Below are positions 12,754 to 23,400 of a DNA stretch of 64,000 nt, one piece after another. This DNA comes from Nemertoderma westbladi. Its lineage: Eukaryota; Animalia; Xenacoelomorpha. The stretch is from contig JAUCBJ010009066.1 in NCBI GenBank assembly GCA_032718475.1, positions 1-64,000 of the forward strand. The letters are read 5' to 3'. Made by a program: the position numbers and the translations under genes. Every line of letters begins with the position of its first letter. The stretch's first letter is position 1. The notes beneath the pieces were generated by a model, which saw only the letters and a list, made by a program, of their open reading frames with translations, was not told the origin of the DNA and did no database searches.

Positions 12754-15700
12754 ATGTCGGGATCGGCTTGTTGCAGCTGTAATGCGACAACGGGGCGATG
12801 CGCCAAGTGTGTTTGTGCACGGCAGGGGAGGTTATGTACAAACTGTGCCCCTGGGGGGAAAAATAATTGTAGAAATAGGGGACAAGCTGGTACACAAATA
12901 CCGGTTGCACCGGTATTGTCTGACACCAGAGCGCTTCATCAGTCGCAGCCGCTACCAGTGCGTGACAATCCCGACGTTTCGGCCCCCGTCTTCTATTCCC
13001 AGGATGGGGGGCGATTATCGGCATTAGCCAGCGACACTACCAGTGATGACGACACAACACTGGTAGACTTGGACGTGACTCTGGTCCCCTCAACCCCACG
13101 GGATTGTCTCCCCCTCTCGTTACAAACTATAGGATCGTCATCGTCGGGTTCCGCTGGCCCAACAACAACATCGTCGGGATCCGTTGGCCCCACAACAACA
13201 TCGTCGGGTTCCGCTGGCCCAACAACAACATCGTCGGGATCCGCTGGCCCCACAACAACATCGTCGGGTTCCGTTGGCCCCACAACCACATCGTCGGGTT
13301 CCGCTGGCCCTGCTTCCACCACGTCATCGTCGGGTTCCGTTGGCCCCACAACAACATCGTCGGGTTCCGCTGGCCCCACTCCCACCACGTCATCGTCGGG
13401 TTCCGTTGGCCCCACTTCCACCACGTCATCGTCGGGTTCCGTTGGCCCCAGTTCCACCACGTCATCGTCGGGTTCCGTTGGCCCCACTCCCACCACGTCA
13501 TCATCGGGTTCCGTTGGCACCACTTCCACCTCGTCATCCTCGGGCCCCACTACCACCACGTCATTGTCGGGTTCCGTTGGCCCCACCTCCACCACGTCAT
13601 CGTCGGGTTCCGTTGGCCCCACTCCCATCTCGTCAACCTCGGGCCCCTCTACCACCACGTCATCGACAGCAACGTCCCAGACCGGCGAAGTTACTTGGGG
13701 GATGAAACGATTCCCAAAGTCTGAGTTTTATTCCACCATAAACCAGACATACGATGAAATCGTTCACTGGCGAACGAATTTGTTTTTGATGCCTCAGGGG
13801 GCGGTGGGTCGCCAGGTAGTGACTGAGATGTCCCGTCTTATATCCCTAACTGTGTCTGACAATCCACTGAGAGACATCGCCGGTACGCTGTTGATGTTGC
13901 TGCCGGCTTTACTCCAACAGAAGCCCAGCCGCAACTCAACAACGGCGACACATCGGCGTGTTTTACAGCGACGGCTGGTGAGCTGGCAGGGAGGTCAGTT
14001 CCAGGAACTGATGGTCGAGGCCCGGGCGATACAATACCATCTCCCCAAACCTCGACAGACCGCCTCCCAAACCGTCGCTCTACAGAAGGCATTCGTCCGC
14101 CACATGTTGAGCGGCAACATCTCAGCAGCCACACGGTGTCTGAGTGCGGCTAATCGTGGGGCGCCAATGAAGTTGGGGGAGTCGTTTCTCGACAAAGACG
14201 GCGTCACGAAGACGGTGAGAGATGTTTTACGTGACAAACATCCACCAGCTCAACCAGCGGATGAGTCCATACTCATCGACCCAGCAGAGTATCCTGGCGC
14301 CCCTGAACATCACGGCGTCATCTTCGAGGGGATAGACGGAGAAGTAATACTGTCTAGCCTACTCCGGATGAAGGGGAACGCTGCTGGGCCGTCGGGCGTC
14401 GACGTTCAGGGGTGGAAACACCTGCTGACGAAGTTTAGGACTCAGTCGACCGAGTTGGCCAGCCAGATCGCGGAGTGGGCGAAACAGATCGCCCAGGTCG
14501 TTGTTCCACCCGAATCTCTCTCCGCGCTGCTGAACGCCCGGTTACTGGCGCTCAATAAGAACCCGGGCGTCAGGCCGATAGGTATTGGTGAGGTCCTGCG
14601 TCGCGTCATCGGGAAGGCGATCATCTACTGTATCCGGGAGGATTTACAGGAGGTTGGGGGTGACGTGCAGCTCTGTCTTGGCCAGAAGGCCGGGATAGAG
14701 TTCGCCATCCACAGCCTCAACGACGCCTTCGACAGCGATGATTGCGACGCGGTGTTACAGATAGACGCCACCAATGCTTTCAACGTTCTAAACCGCCAGG
14801 CAGCGATCCATAACATCCGGTCTGTCTGTCCCTCGCTGGCCACCGTCGTCACCAACTGCTACAGTCGCCCCTCACGGCTGTATGTGGATGGGGAGTTTAT
14901 CCTCTCAGAGGAAGGCTCCACACAGGGCGACCCGGTGGCCATGCCGATGTTTGGCGGCTCGATGATGCCACTTATAATCAAGTTAAGGGAACTGTGCGAC
15001 ATCATCCAGCGTTGGTTCGCGGATGATGGGAACGCGGCAGGGAAACTTGCGGAGCTCCGCAAGTTTTGGGACATTGTATCGAAAGAAGGTCCGCTTTACG
15101 GCTATTTCCCTTCGAAATGCCATCTAACTGTCAAACCAGGGAAACTAGCCGAGGCGGAGGCGTTGTTTGCGGGGACAGGGGTGGTGATAAACACCGTGGG
15201 CCACGAACTCCTGGGCGGCGTTATAGGGAGTGAGGGATTCAGGGGTGAGTTCCTGGACCGGATGGTGGATGAGTTCGCTGCCCAGGTCGACCGTATCTCC
15301 GACATCGCGGCGGTCGACCCCCACTGCGCGTACGCGGGGCTGGTGTTCGGGTTGTCGTGTCGGTGGCGGTACGTCTCGAGGGTCGTCCCGGGCGCCACCG
15401 AACACTTCGCTAAGCTGGAGGAGGCGGTGACGCGGTTCCTCTGTCGCCTCACCAACCGCCCCGCTATCTCCCCGGAGGAACGCCAGCTCCTCTCCCTACC
15501 GGTTCGCCTGGGAGGTCTGGGAGTCCCGGTAACCAGGGATCTCGACTCCCAATATAGGAACTCCCGGGCGATATGTGAACCCTTCCGCCAGCCAACCTCC
15601 CCCACGATGTCCCAGGTCAGGGAGGACCAGAAGCGGGTGCTGTCGGCGCTAAAGGCCGATACCGCTCAGAGAATAAAATCGAGAACGGAGGAGGTCAACA

Positions 15701-16542
15701 GCATTATATCCGTAGAACAACGGAAGTTATGCGAATTAACTTCGGAGAAGGGGGCGTCTACTTGGCTTAACACCAAGCCACTGAGTCATCTAGAAACTCA
15801 CCTGGACAAGGAGGAGTTCAGAGACGCCCTCTGTCTGCGGTACGGGTGGTCGCCGAAGAACCTCCCATCTCGTTGTGCCTGTGGGGAGCGATTTTCCGCT
15901 TCTCATATCCTGTCGTGCCCCACTGGAGGGTTTCCCTCTATAAGGCACAACGAGATCCGAGACTTCGTCGCCGACTCCCTGACCGAGGTGGCTCACAATG
16001 TGGCTGTTGAGCCAATGCTCCTGCCACTGTCGGGTGAGCAGTTCACCCTCCGATCCACCTCGACCGACCAGCAGGCGAGACTGGACGTTTCGGTGAGCGG
16101 ATTCTGGGGCAACCGCTTCCAGAAGACGTTCATCGACGTCTCAGTCTTCAACCCGCTGGCCGCCACCAACGCCGCCATGACGTTGGACGCCGCCCATCGC
16201 CACCATGAAGACCGGAAGGCCAGGAAGTATGAGGAGCGAGTGAGGGAAGTTGAACACGGCAACTTCACTCCCCTCATCTTCACGGCCTTCGGTGGGATGG
16301 CTCCAACCGCCACCCAGTTCGTCTCCCGCCTCGCGCACAAGATCGCCGATAAGCGGGAGATCCGTTACTCAGATAGCGTGACCTGGGTGCGCCGGCGTCT
16401 CAGTTTCGCCCTCCTCCGTTCCTCCCTCCTCTGTCTGCGGGGGTGTCGGTCGGCAGCGCGCCGCCCTGTGCGCTGCAATATCGCCGACACCTCCATCCGT
16501 CTGACCAACGCAGCAGTGGACACTACCGGTACTATTAACTAA
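12754..16542 (+). CDS. Retrotransposon polyprotein: Cys cluster, S/T/G/P linker, RT, CCHC knuckle, RLE
   Basis: RT motifs GVRPIGIGEVLRR, IDATNAFN, GSTQGDP, WFADD and GGLG. Knuckle CACGERFSASHILSC, then RHNEIRD. RLE-like ARLDV...FIDV...EDRKARKY. No APE domain. Confidence 0.93.
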   Translation: MSGSACCSCNATTGRCAKCVCARQGRLCTNCAPGGKNNCRNRGQAGTQIPVAPVLSDTRALHQSQPLPVRDNPDVSAPVFYSQDGGRLSALASDTTSDDDTTLVDLDVTLVPSTPRDCLPLSLQTIGSSSSGSAGPTTTSSGSVGPTTTSSGSAGPTTTSSGSAGPTTTSSGSVGPTTTSSGSAGPASTTSSSGSVGPTTTSSGSAGPTPTTSSSGSVGPTSTTSSSGSVGPSSTTSSSGSVGPTPTTSSSGSVGTTSTSSSSGPTTTTSLSGSVGPTSTTSSSGSVGPTPISSTSGPSTTTSSTATSQTGEVTWGMKRFPKSEFYSTINQTYDEIVHWRTNLFLMPQGAVGRQVVTEMSRLISLTVSDNPLRDIAGTLLMLLPALLQQKPSRNSTTATHRRVLQRRLVSWQGGQFQELMVEARAIQYHLPKPRQTASQTVALQKAFVRHMLSGNISAATRCLSAANRGAPMKLGESFLDKDGVTKTVRDVLRDKHPPAQPADESILIDPAEYPGAPEHHGVIFEGIDGEVILSSLLRMKGNAAGPSGVDVQGWKHLLTKFRTQSTELASQIAEWAKQIAQVVVPPESLSALLNARLLALNKNPGVRPIGIGEVLRRVIGKAIIYCIREDLQEVGGDVQLCLGQKAGIEFAIHSLNDAFDSDDCDAVLQIDATNAFNVLNRQAAIHNIRSVCPSLATVVTNCYSRPSRLYVDGEFILSEEGSTQGDPVAMPMFGGSMMPLIIKLRELCDIIQRWFADDGNAAGKLAELRKFWDIVSKEGPLYGYFPSKCHLTVKPGKLAEAEALFAGTGVVINTVGHELLGGVIGSEGFRGEFLDRMVDEFAAQVDRISDIAAVDPHCAYAGLVFGLSCRWRYVSRVVPGATEHFAKLEEAVTRFLCRLTNRPAISPEERQLLSLPVRLGGLGVPVTRDLDSQYRNSRAICEPFRQPTSPTMSQVREDQKRVLSALKADTAQRIKSRTEEVNSIISVEQRKLCELTSEKGASTWLNTKPLSHLETHLDKEEFRDALCLRYGWSPKNLPSRCACGERFSASHILSCPTGGFPSIRHNEIRDFVADSLTEVAHNVAVEPMLLPLSGEQFTLRSTSTDQQARLDVSVSGFWGNRFQKTFIDVSVFNPLAATNAAMTLDAAHRHHEDRKARKYEERVREVEHGNFTPLIFTAFGGMAPTATQFVSRLAHKIADKREIRYSDSVTWVRRRLSFALLRSSLLCLRGCRSAARRPVRCNIADTSIRLTNAAVDTTGTIN
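13135..13670 (+). repeat. Coding minisatellite (30/36-bp units) inside the retrotransposon ORF
   Basis: Repeated tcgtcgggttccg[c/t]tggcccc..., encoding SSGS[A/V]GPT(PT)TT. Confidence 0.9.
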
Positions 16543-16695
16543 CTGCAAACTGAAAACTGCAGAAGACAGGCAAATAGGCCCTCACTACCCTACTGTACAT
16601 ATTCAAATGTTGTCCAAGTATTGCCGTGTGTATATAGTTTCTTGAGTTATTTTTATAATATAATATATACATCAAGTTTACTGAAAAAAAAAAAA

Positions 16696-17717
16696 GAATG
16701 TAGTAGAATCTAGTAAAATGTAGTAGAATCTAGTAGAATGTAGTAGAATCTAGTAGAATAGAGTAGAATGTTGTAGAATCTAGTAGAATAGAGTAGAATG
16801 TAGTAGAATCTAGTAGAATAGAGTAGAATGTAGTAGAATCTAGTAGAATGTAGTAGAATCTAGTAGAATAGAGTAAAATGTGGTAGAATCTAGTAGAATA
16901 GAGTAGAATGTAGTAGAATCTAGTAGAATAGAGTAGAATGTAGTAGAATCTAGTAGAATAGAGTAGAATGTAGTAGAATCTAGTAGAATAGAGTAGAATG
17001 TAGTAGAATCTAGTAGAATGTAGTAGAATCTAGTAGAATAGAGTAGAATGTGGTAGAATCTAGTAGAATAGAGTAGAATGTGGTAGAATCTAGTAGAATC
17101 TAGTAGAATGTAGTAGAATCTAGTAGAATGTAGTAGAATCTAGTAGAATAGAGTAGAATGTGGCAGAATCTAGTAGAATAGAGTAGAATGTAGTAGAATC
17201 TAGTAGAATAGAGTAGAATGTAGTAGAATCTAGTAGAATGTAGTAGAATCTAGTAGAATAGAGTAAAATGTGGTAGAATCTAGTAGAATAGAGTAGAATG
17301 TAGGAGAATCTAGTAGAATAGAGTAGAATGTAGTAGAATCTAGTAGAATAGAGTAGAATGTAGTAGAATCTAGTAGAATAGAGTAGAATGTAGTAGAATC
17401 TAGTAGAATGTAGTAGAATCTAGTAGAATAGAGTAGAATGTGGTAGAATCTAGTAGAATAGAGTAGAATGTGGTAGAATCTAGTAGAATAGAGTAGAATG
17501 TAGTAGAATCTAGTAGAATAGAGTAGAATGTAGTAGAATCTAGTAGAATAGAGTAGAATGTAGTAGAATCTAGTAGAATAGAGTAGAATGTGGTCGAATC
17601 TAGTAGAATAGAGTAGAATGTAGTAGAATCTAGTAGAATAGAGTAGAATGTAGTAGAATCTAGTAGAATAGAGTAGAATGTAGTAGAATCTGGTATAATA
17701 GAGTAGAATGTAGTGGA
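16696..17717. repeat. 10-bp satellite, right arm
   Basis: Same units and orientation as 11580-12620. Confidence 0.97.
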
Positions 17718-19026
17718 GTTTGAGCTAAAGTTATAACGCGGTGGGTATTAACAAATAAAGTTACTTCTCATAATTCGAGATAAATGAGATAAAAATATCC
17801 CACTGGCAGTGACGAGTGACGTCACGATAAAAATAAAAATAATTTTATAAACCCCAATTACTTATGTCGTTAAAAACGACATAAGTAATTTATTAAGAAT
17901 TAAAATAATTGGCAGAATAAATAAATTAATAATGCGATATTAAACACCCAAGAAATATCTTCTTATACCATAAAATGTTGAATTGGATTAAATTACACAT
18001 AACTGTGGGGCGAGCCACGAACTAAGCTAGCATAGGTAGGTACCGCTGTTTATTACTACAGTTGTCTGTATTGACTCACACAATATTCGGTATAATATGC
18101 GAGGGGGACTAGCAGTTCTCTAGTCTCCCGCTAAAGGGCGACTGGCCAACGTAGCACCGGCACGATGAACTTGCTTACTCCGTTATGGGCGAAGGAAGGG
18201 CTCGCGAACCTGTTCATAACTGTTTAATGGTATTAGGTAGAGTTCAAACGGGATCCCGGCGTAGAAATGTTGAATGAAGTTGCAACGAAACATAAAGTTT
18301 TAATTAACTATCCAACAATCAAGTAAATTTATTTTAATATAATTTTATTTTACTAATATTTCACCGGGGTGAAATAAAGTCAAAAGAAATAGAGAAATAA
18401 AACTCAAACCCGTATTACTTAAACACGGCCACATTATTATATACTGAAAACTTCCCAAAGTACAATCCGGGAGATCCCAAAGAAGTCTGATCCCTATTAC
18501 ACACTAGTATTGGGGTTTATTTAGGATATAGTAAAGTTGTTTTTTTCGTTTATATATTTACTTTATCTACGGATTGGTATAAGTTAATATTCTACAAATT
18601 TATGAGGTATTACAGTTTTGCTGTATTAAATAAATAACTTACTTTTATATCTGTTTGCTTCGAATTAATTAGATCAATAATGAAATACAGAAAATCAAAA
18701 TTATATTATTAATTATCATATTTTTTTATAATTATTATTACAAATTACAGTGAAAATATCACAATTATATATTTTTTAATTAAACGAAAGGAAACAAAAA
18801 ATATTCACGAAAGGAAACAAAAAATATTCACTTTCGTTTCGTTTCGTTTCGTTTTGTCGTTTCGTTTTATTTTTTTTTGTATTATTTAATTTTTATCGAT
18901 TTCGTATGCAAAATATTTATCCAAAAAGAGTAAGATAAATTTAAATATATATTGAGTCCTGCAGAAAGAACAATCATGGGCGCCCAAGGGACGATAAAAT
19001 GTAAACAATGTCTAAATCGGTCTAAC

Positions 19027-19622
19027 CTGATTTCGTAAATTAGCCCTCATGTTTTGGTAATTATTTATCCCAGTCTCTTCCCCGCCTCGAGTAGGTGATG
19101 TCACACCGTTGCTAAGAGACTGCGGATTGTTTACCACCGTGTTCGTCCAACCGGAGCTCTTGGGCCAGTTAGTGGGGGAAGGGCCGCCGAAGTGAAGCGG
19201 TCTATTTACCAGTTTCGATCCGGTAAGTTTCATCTGAAACCCGTTCCGGAATCTGTTACTACTGCTTGTTCCATCTCCGACCGCTTGGGGCGTCTTAAAG
19301 TTAGGCCGATGTGGATCGATAACAGTCCGTCTAGGAGTCGTGGTTGGGGTAATAAGGTTAGGCAACAACGGCGAGCCAGTGAACACGTTGTATTTGACAG
19401 AAGAGCCAGGGCGCTGTGTGGAGTTCGGCAATTGCGGTCCAATAAACGGCGTTTGTTTCTGGGAGGGAGAATTCGACATCTCAGGGCCAATGAATGGTTC
19501 GCGTTTTATAGAAGAATTAGGCAACGGCATGCTATTTGAGCCAATCACTGACGGGCTTCTTGAGACGCCGTTTGGTTTTAGGGGATTGGTGGGGGTTGAG
19601 AGTGGGGGGTTCTTATTGATAC
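19027..19622 (-). CDS. USP36/42-like exon (Pro/Ser/Asn-rich region after the catalytic domain)
   Basis: Acceptor acttag|GT, donor CAG|GTTAGA, phase 1 to 0. Contains PFIGPE and PFIGPQL, reminiscent of the FIGPQLP motif recalled for USP42. Confidence 0.8.
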
Positions 19623-19876
19623 CTAAGTTAATGGAGAAAGTAAAGATCAAACATTATTGTTTTTATACAAATATTGAATAAATTATGTTCATTTAATCAG
19701 CTGTCTCTGGATATAAACAACTCTTGAAAATGAACGAAATAAATGACTCGCCGCAGACAAGAATCTAACAAGTGGTCGCCCAATTACCACTCAGTCATGG
19801 CCGACCAATCACTGAGGTCAGCACACTCTGTGTGATTAATTTATTATTGTATTTTGGGTAAATGAGTGGGTTTCCT

Positions 19877-20115
19877 ATTATTATGACTTGAGTGACTTGT
19901 CTTTCGTTGGGCACAGCTTAGCAAAGTCTGCAATGACGTCCAGGTGGGATCGAACTAGTGACCTGGCATACCGTAGACAAGGCAAAAGGCCGCTAGCGGT
20001 ATGGCTATTGGTTATAGTTATAGCGCCAGATTTCCAACATGAAGGTCACTAGTTCGATCCCACCTGGGCGCCATTACCGACTTTGCAAAGCTGTGCCTAA
20101 CGAAAGTCATAATAA
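19877..20115. mobile_element. Palindromic tRNA-derived SINE/MITE-like element
   Basis: Arms 19901-19963 and 20043-20106 are imperfect reverse complements. The right arm contains a tRNA T-arm/B-box-like GTTCGATCCCACCTGGGCGCCA. Confidence 0.65.
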
Positions 20116-20168
20116 ATTGATTGATTTGTAACACACAATAACAATTAACAAACATTGTTGGTTGATAC

Positions 20169-20215
20169 TAGGGATGCGACAGCGGAGCCGGAGCCGGAGC
20201 TCTGTCGCATCCCTA
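20169..20215. mobile_element. 47-bp miniature hAT-like element
   Basis: 14-bp TIRs tagggatgcgacag/ctgtcgcatcccta. 8-bp TSD gttgatac/gttgacac (1 mismatch). Internal (cggagc)x3. Confidence 0.75.
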
Positions 20216-20252
20216 GTTGACACTATTAAATTAATTAGTATCATAAACTCAC

Positions 20253-20385
20253 CGTTTTGTATGTTGTGTATTTGGTGGCTATTGTTGTTGCTAACGGCAA
20301 CAGGACCACTGCGCTGACGAAGGTAGAATAACACGTACGCCCCCTGGTGTTGTTTTAATGCCTCCAAACGAGATATTCCTGTAGC
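20253..20385 (-). CDS. USP36/42-like exon, end of the USP catalytic domain
   Basis: Acceptor ctttag|GCT, motif QGAYVLFY, donor G|GTGAGT; phase 0 to 1. Confidence 0.9.
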
Positions 20386-20490
20386 CTAAAGGGATAAAAA
20401 ATATTTACTTAAAAAACAATTGTTTTAAGGGGGGGGGGGGGGGGGGGGGGGGGGTAATATTTCAGTTGCTATGACATTGTAATTCAAGCT

Positions 20491-23400
20491 AGCCAATCAG
20501 TTTTTAGAACGAAATCAGTAACGTAGAGCCAAACCAGAATGTACAGCCAAATCAGTATAAAGAGCCAAATCAGTACGTAGAGCCAAATCAGTAAGTAGAG
20601 CCAAATCATTTATGTAGAGCCAAATCAGTATGTAGAGCCAAATCAGTAATGTAGAGCCAAATCAGTTGTAGAGCCAAATCAGTAAGTAGAGCTAAATCAG
20701 TAAGATAGAGCCAAATCAGTATCTAGAGCCAAATCTGTACCTAGAGCCAAATCAGTATGTAGAGCCAAATCAGTTTGTAGAGCCAAATCAGTGTAGAGCC
20801 AAATCATAGTAGAGCCAAATCAGTATGTAGAGCCAAATCAGTAAGTAGAGCCAAATCAGTAACGTAGAGCCAAATCAGTAAGATAGAGCCAAATCAGTAA
20901 GATAGAGCCAAATCAGTAAGTAGAGCAAAATCAGTAAGTAGAGCCAAATCAGTAATGTAGAGCCAAATCAGTAATGTAGAGCCAAATCAGTAAGATAGAG
21001 CCAAATCAGTAAGATAGAGCCAAATCAGTAAGATAGAGCCAAATCAGTAAGATAGAGCCAAATCAGTAAGATAGAGCCAAATCAGTAAGATAGAGCCAAA
21101 TCAGTAAGATAGAGCCAAATCAGTAAGATAGAGCCAAATCAGTAAGATAGAGCCAAATCAGTAAGATAGAGCCAAATCAGTTTGTAGAGCCAAATCAGTA
21201 AGTAGAGCCAAATCAGTAAGTAGAGCCAAATCATGTAATGTAGAGCCAAATCAGTAATGTAGAGCCAAATCAGTAAGATAGAGCCAAATCAGTAAGATAG
21301 AGCCAAATCAGTAAGATAGAGCCAAATCAGTAAGATAGAGCCAAATCAGTAAGTAGAGCCAAATCAGTTTGTAGAGCCAAATCAGTTTGTAGAGCCAAAT
21401 CAGTAAGATAGAGCCAAATCAGTAAGTAGAGCCAAATCAGTAAGATAGAGCCAAATCAGTAAGATAGAGCCAAATCAGTAAGATAGAGCCAAATCAGTAA
21501 GTAGAGCCAAATCAGTAAGATAGAGCCAAATCAGTAATGTAGAGCCAAATCAGTAAGATAGAGCCAAATCAGTAAGATAGAGCCAAATCAGTAAGATAGA
21601 GCCAAATCAGTAAGATAGAGCCAAATCAGTAAGATAGAGCCAAATCAGTAAGATAGAGCCAAATCAGTTTGTAGAGCCAAATCAGTTGTAGAGCCAAATC
21701 AGTTTGTAGAGCCAAATCAGTAAGTAGAGCTAAATCAGTTGTAGAACCAAATCAGTTTGTAGAGCCAAATCAGTAAGTAGAGCTAAATCAGTAATATAGA
21801 GCCAAATCAGTTTGTAGAGCCAAATCAGTAAGTAGAGCTAAATCAGTAGTAGAGCTAAATCAGTAATATAGAGCCAAATCAGTTTGTAGAGCCAAATCTG
21901 TACCTAGAGCCAAATCAGTATGTAGAGCCAAATCAGTTTGTAGAGCCAAATCTGTACCTAGAGCCAAATCAGTATGTAGAGCCAAATCAGTATGTAGAGC
22001 CAAATCAGTATGTAGAGCCAAATCAGTAAGTAGAGCCAAATCAGTAAGTAGAGCTAAATCAGTAACGTAGAGCCAAATCAGTATGTAGAGTCAAATCAGT
22101 ATGTAGAGCCAAATCAGTACGTAGAGCCAAATCAGTTTGTAGAGCAAAATCAGTGTAGAGCCAAATCAATAGGTAAAGCCAAATCAGTAAGGTAGAGCCA
22201 AATCAGTAAGATAGAGCCAAATCAGTAAGATAGAGCCAAATCAGTAAGATAGAGCCAAATCAGTAAGATAGAGCCAAATCAGTAAGATAGAGCCAAATCA
22301 GTAAGATAGAGCCAAATCAGTAAGATAGAGCCAAATCAGTAAGATAGAGCCAAATCAGTAAGATAGAGCCAAATCAGTAAGATAGAGCCAAATCAGTAAG
22401 ATAGAGCCAAATCAGTAAGATAGAGCCAAATCAGTAAGATAGAGCCAAATCAGTAAGATAGAGCCAAATCAGTAAGATAGAGCCAAATCAGTAAGATAGA
22501 GCCAAATCAGTAAGATAGAGCCAAATCAGTAAGTAGAGCCAAATCAGTAAGATAGAGCCAAATCAGTAAGATAGAGCCAAATCAGTAAGATAGAGCCAAA
22601 TCAGTAAGATAGAGCCAAATCAGTAAGATAGAGCCAAATCAGTAAGATAGAGCCAAATCAGTAAGATAGAGCCAAATCAGTAAGATAGAGCCAAATCAGT
22701 TTGTAGAGCCAAATCAGTTTGTAGAGCCAAATCAGTTTGTAGAGCCAAATCAGTTTGTAGAGCCAAATCAGTAAGTAGAGCTAAATCAGTTGTAGAACCA
22801 AATCAGTTTGTAGAGCCAAATCAGTAAGTAGAGCTAAATCAGTAATATAGAGCCAAATCAGTAAGTAGAGCCAAATCAGTAAGATAGAGCCAAATCAGTA
22901 AGATAGAGCCAAATCAGTAAGATAGAGCCAAATCAGTAAGATAGAGCCAAATCAGTAAGATAGAGCCAAATCAGTTTGTAGAGCCAAATCAGTTTGTAGA
23001 GCCAAATCAGTTTGTAGAGCCAAATCAGTAAGTAGAGCTAAATCAGTTGTAGAACCAAATCAGTTTGTAGAGCCAAATCAGTAAGTAGAGCTAAATCAGT
23101 AATATAGAGCCAAATCAGTTTGTAGAGCCAAATCAGTAAGTAGAGCTAAATCAGTTGTAGAGCCAAATCAGTAAGTAGAGCTAAATCAGTAAGATAGAGC
23201 CAAATCAGTATCTAGAGCCAAATCTGTACCTAGAGCCAAATCAGTATGTAGAGCCAAATCAGTATGTAGAGCCAAATCAGTAAGTAGAGCCAAATCAGTA
23301 ACGTAGAGCCAAATCAGTATGTAGAGTCAAATCAGTATGTAGAGCCAAATCAGTACGTAGAGCCAAATCAGTTTGTAGAGCCAAATCAGTGTAGAGCCAA

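Larger units (their letters stand above)
12621..16695 (+). mobile_element. Apparently full-length CRE-clade-like non-LTR retrotransposon with restriction-like endonuclease (RLE)
   Basis: Single intact ORF with short UTRs and poly(A) at 16684-16695. Candidate TSD gaatgtagtaga at 12609-12620 and 16696-16707. It interrupts the 10-bp satellite. Confidence 0.9.

Noticed and set aside
19991-20072. Functional tRNA gene
   Set aside because: Only the T-arm/3' half is tRNA-like, with no convincing cloverleaf.
20491-20500. CCAAT (NF-Y) box array
   Set aside because: Only the first degenerate unit has CCAAT; the consensus is CCAAAT.
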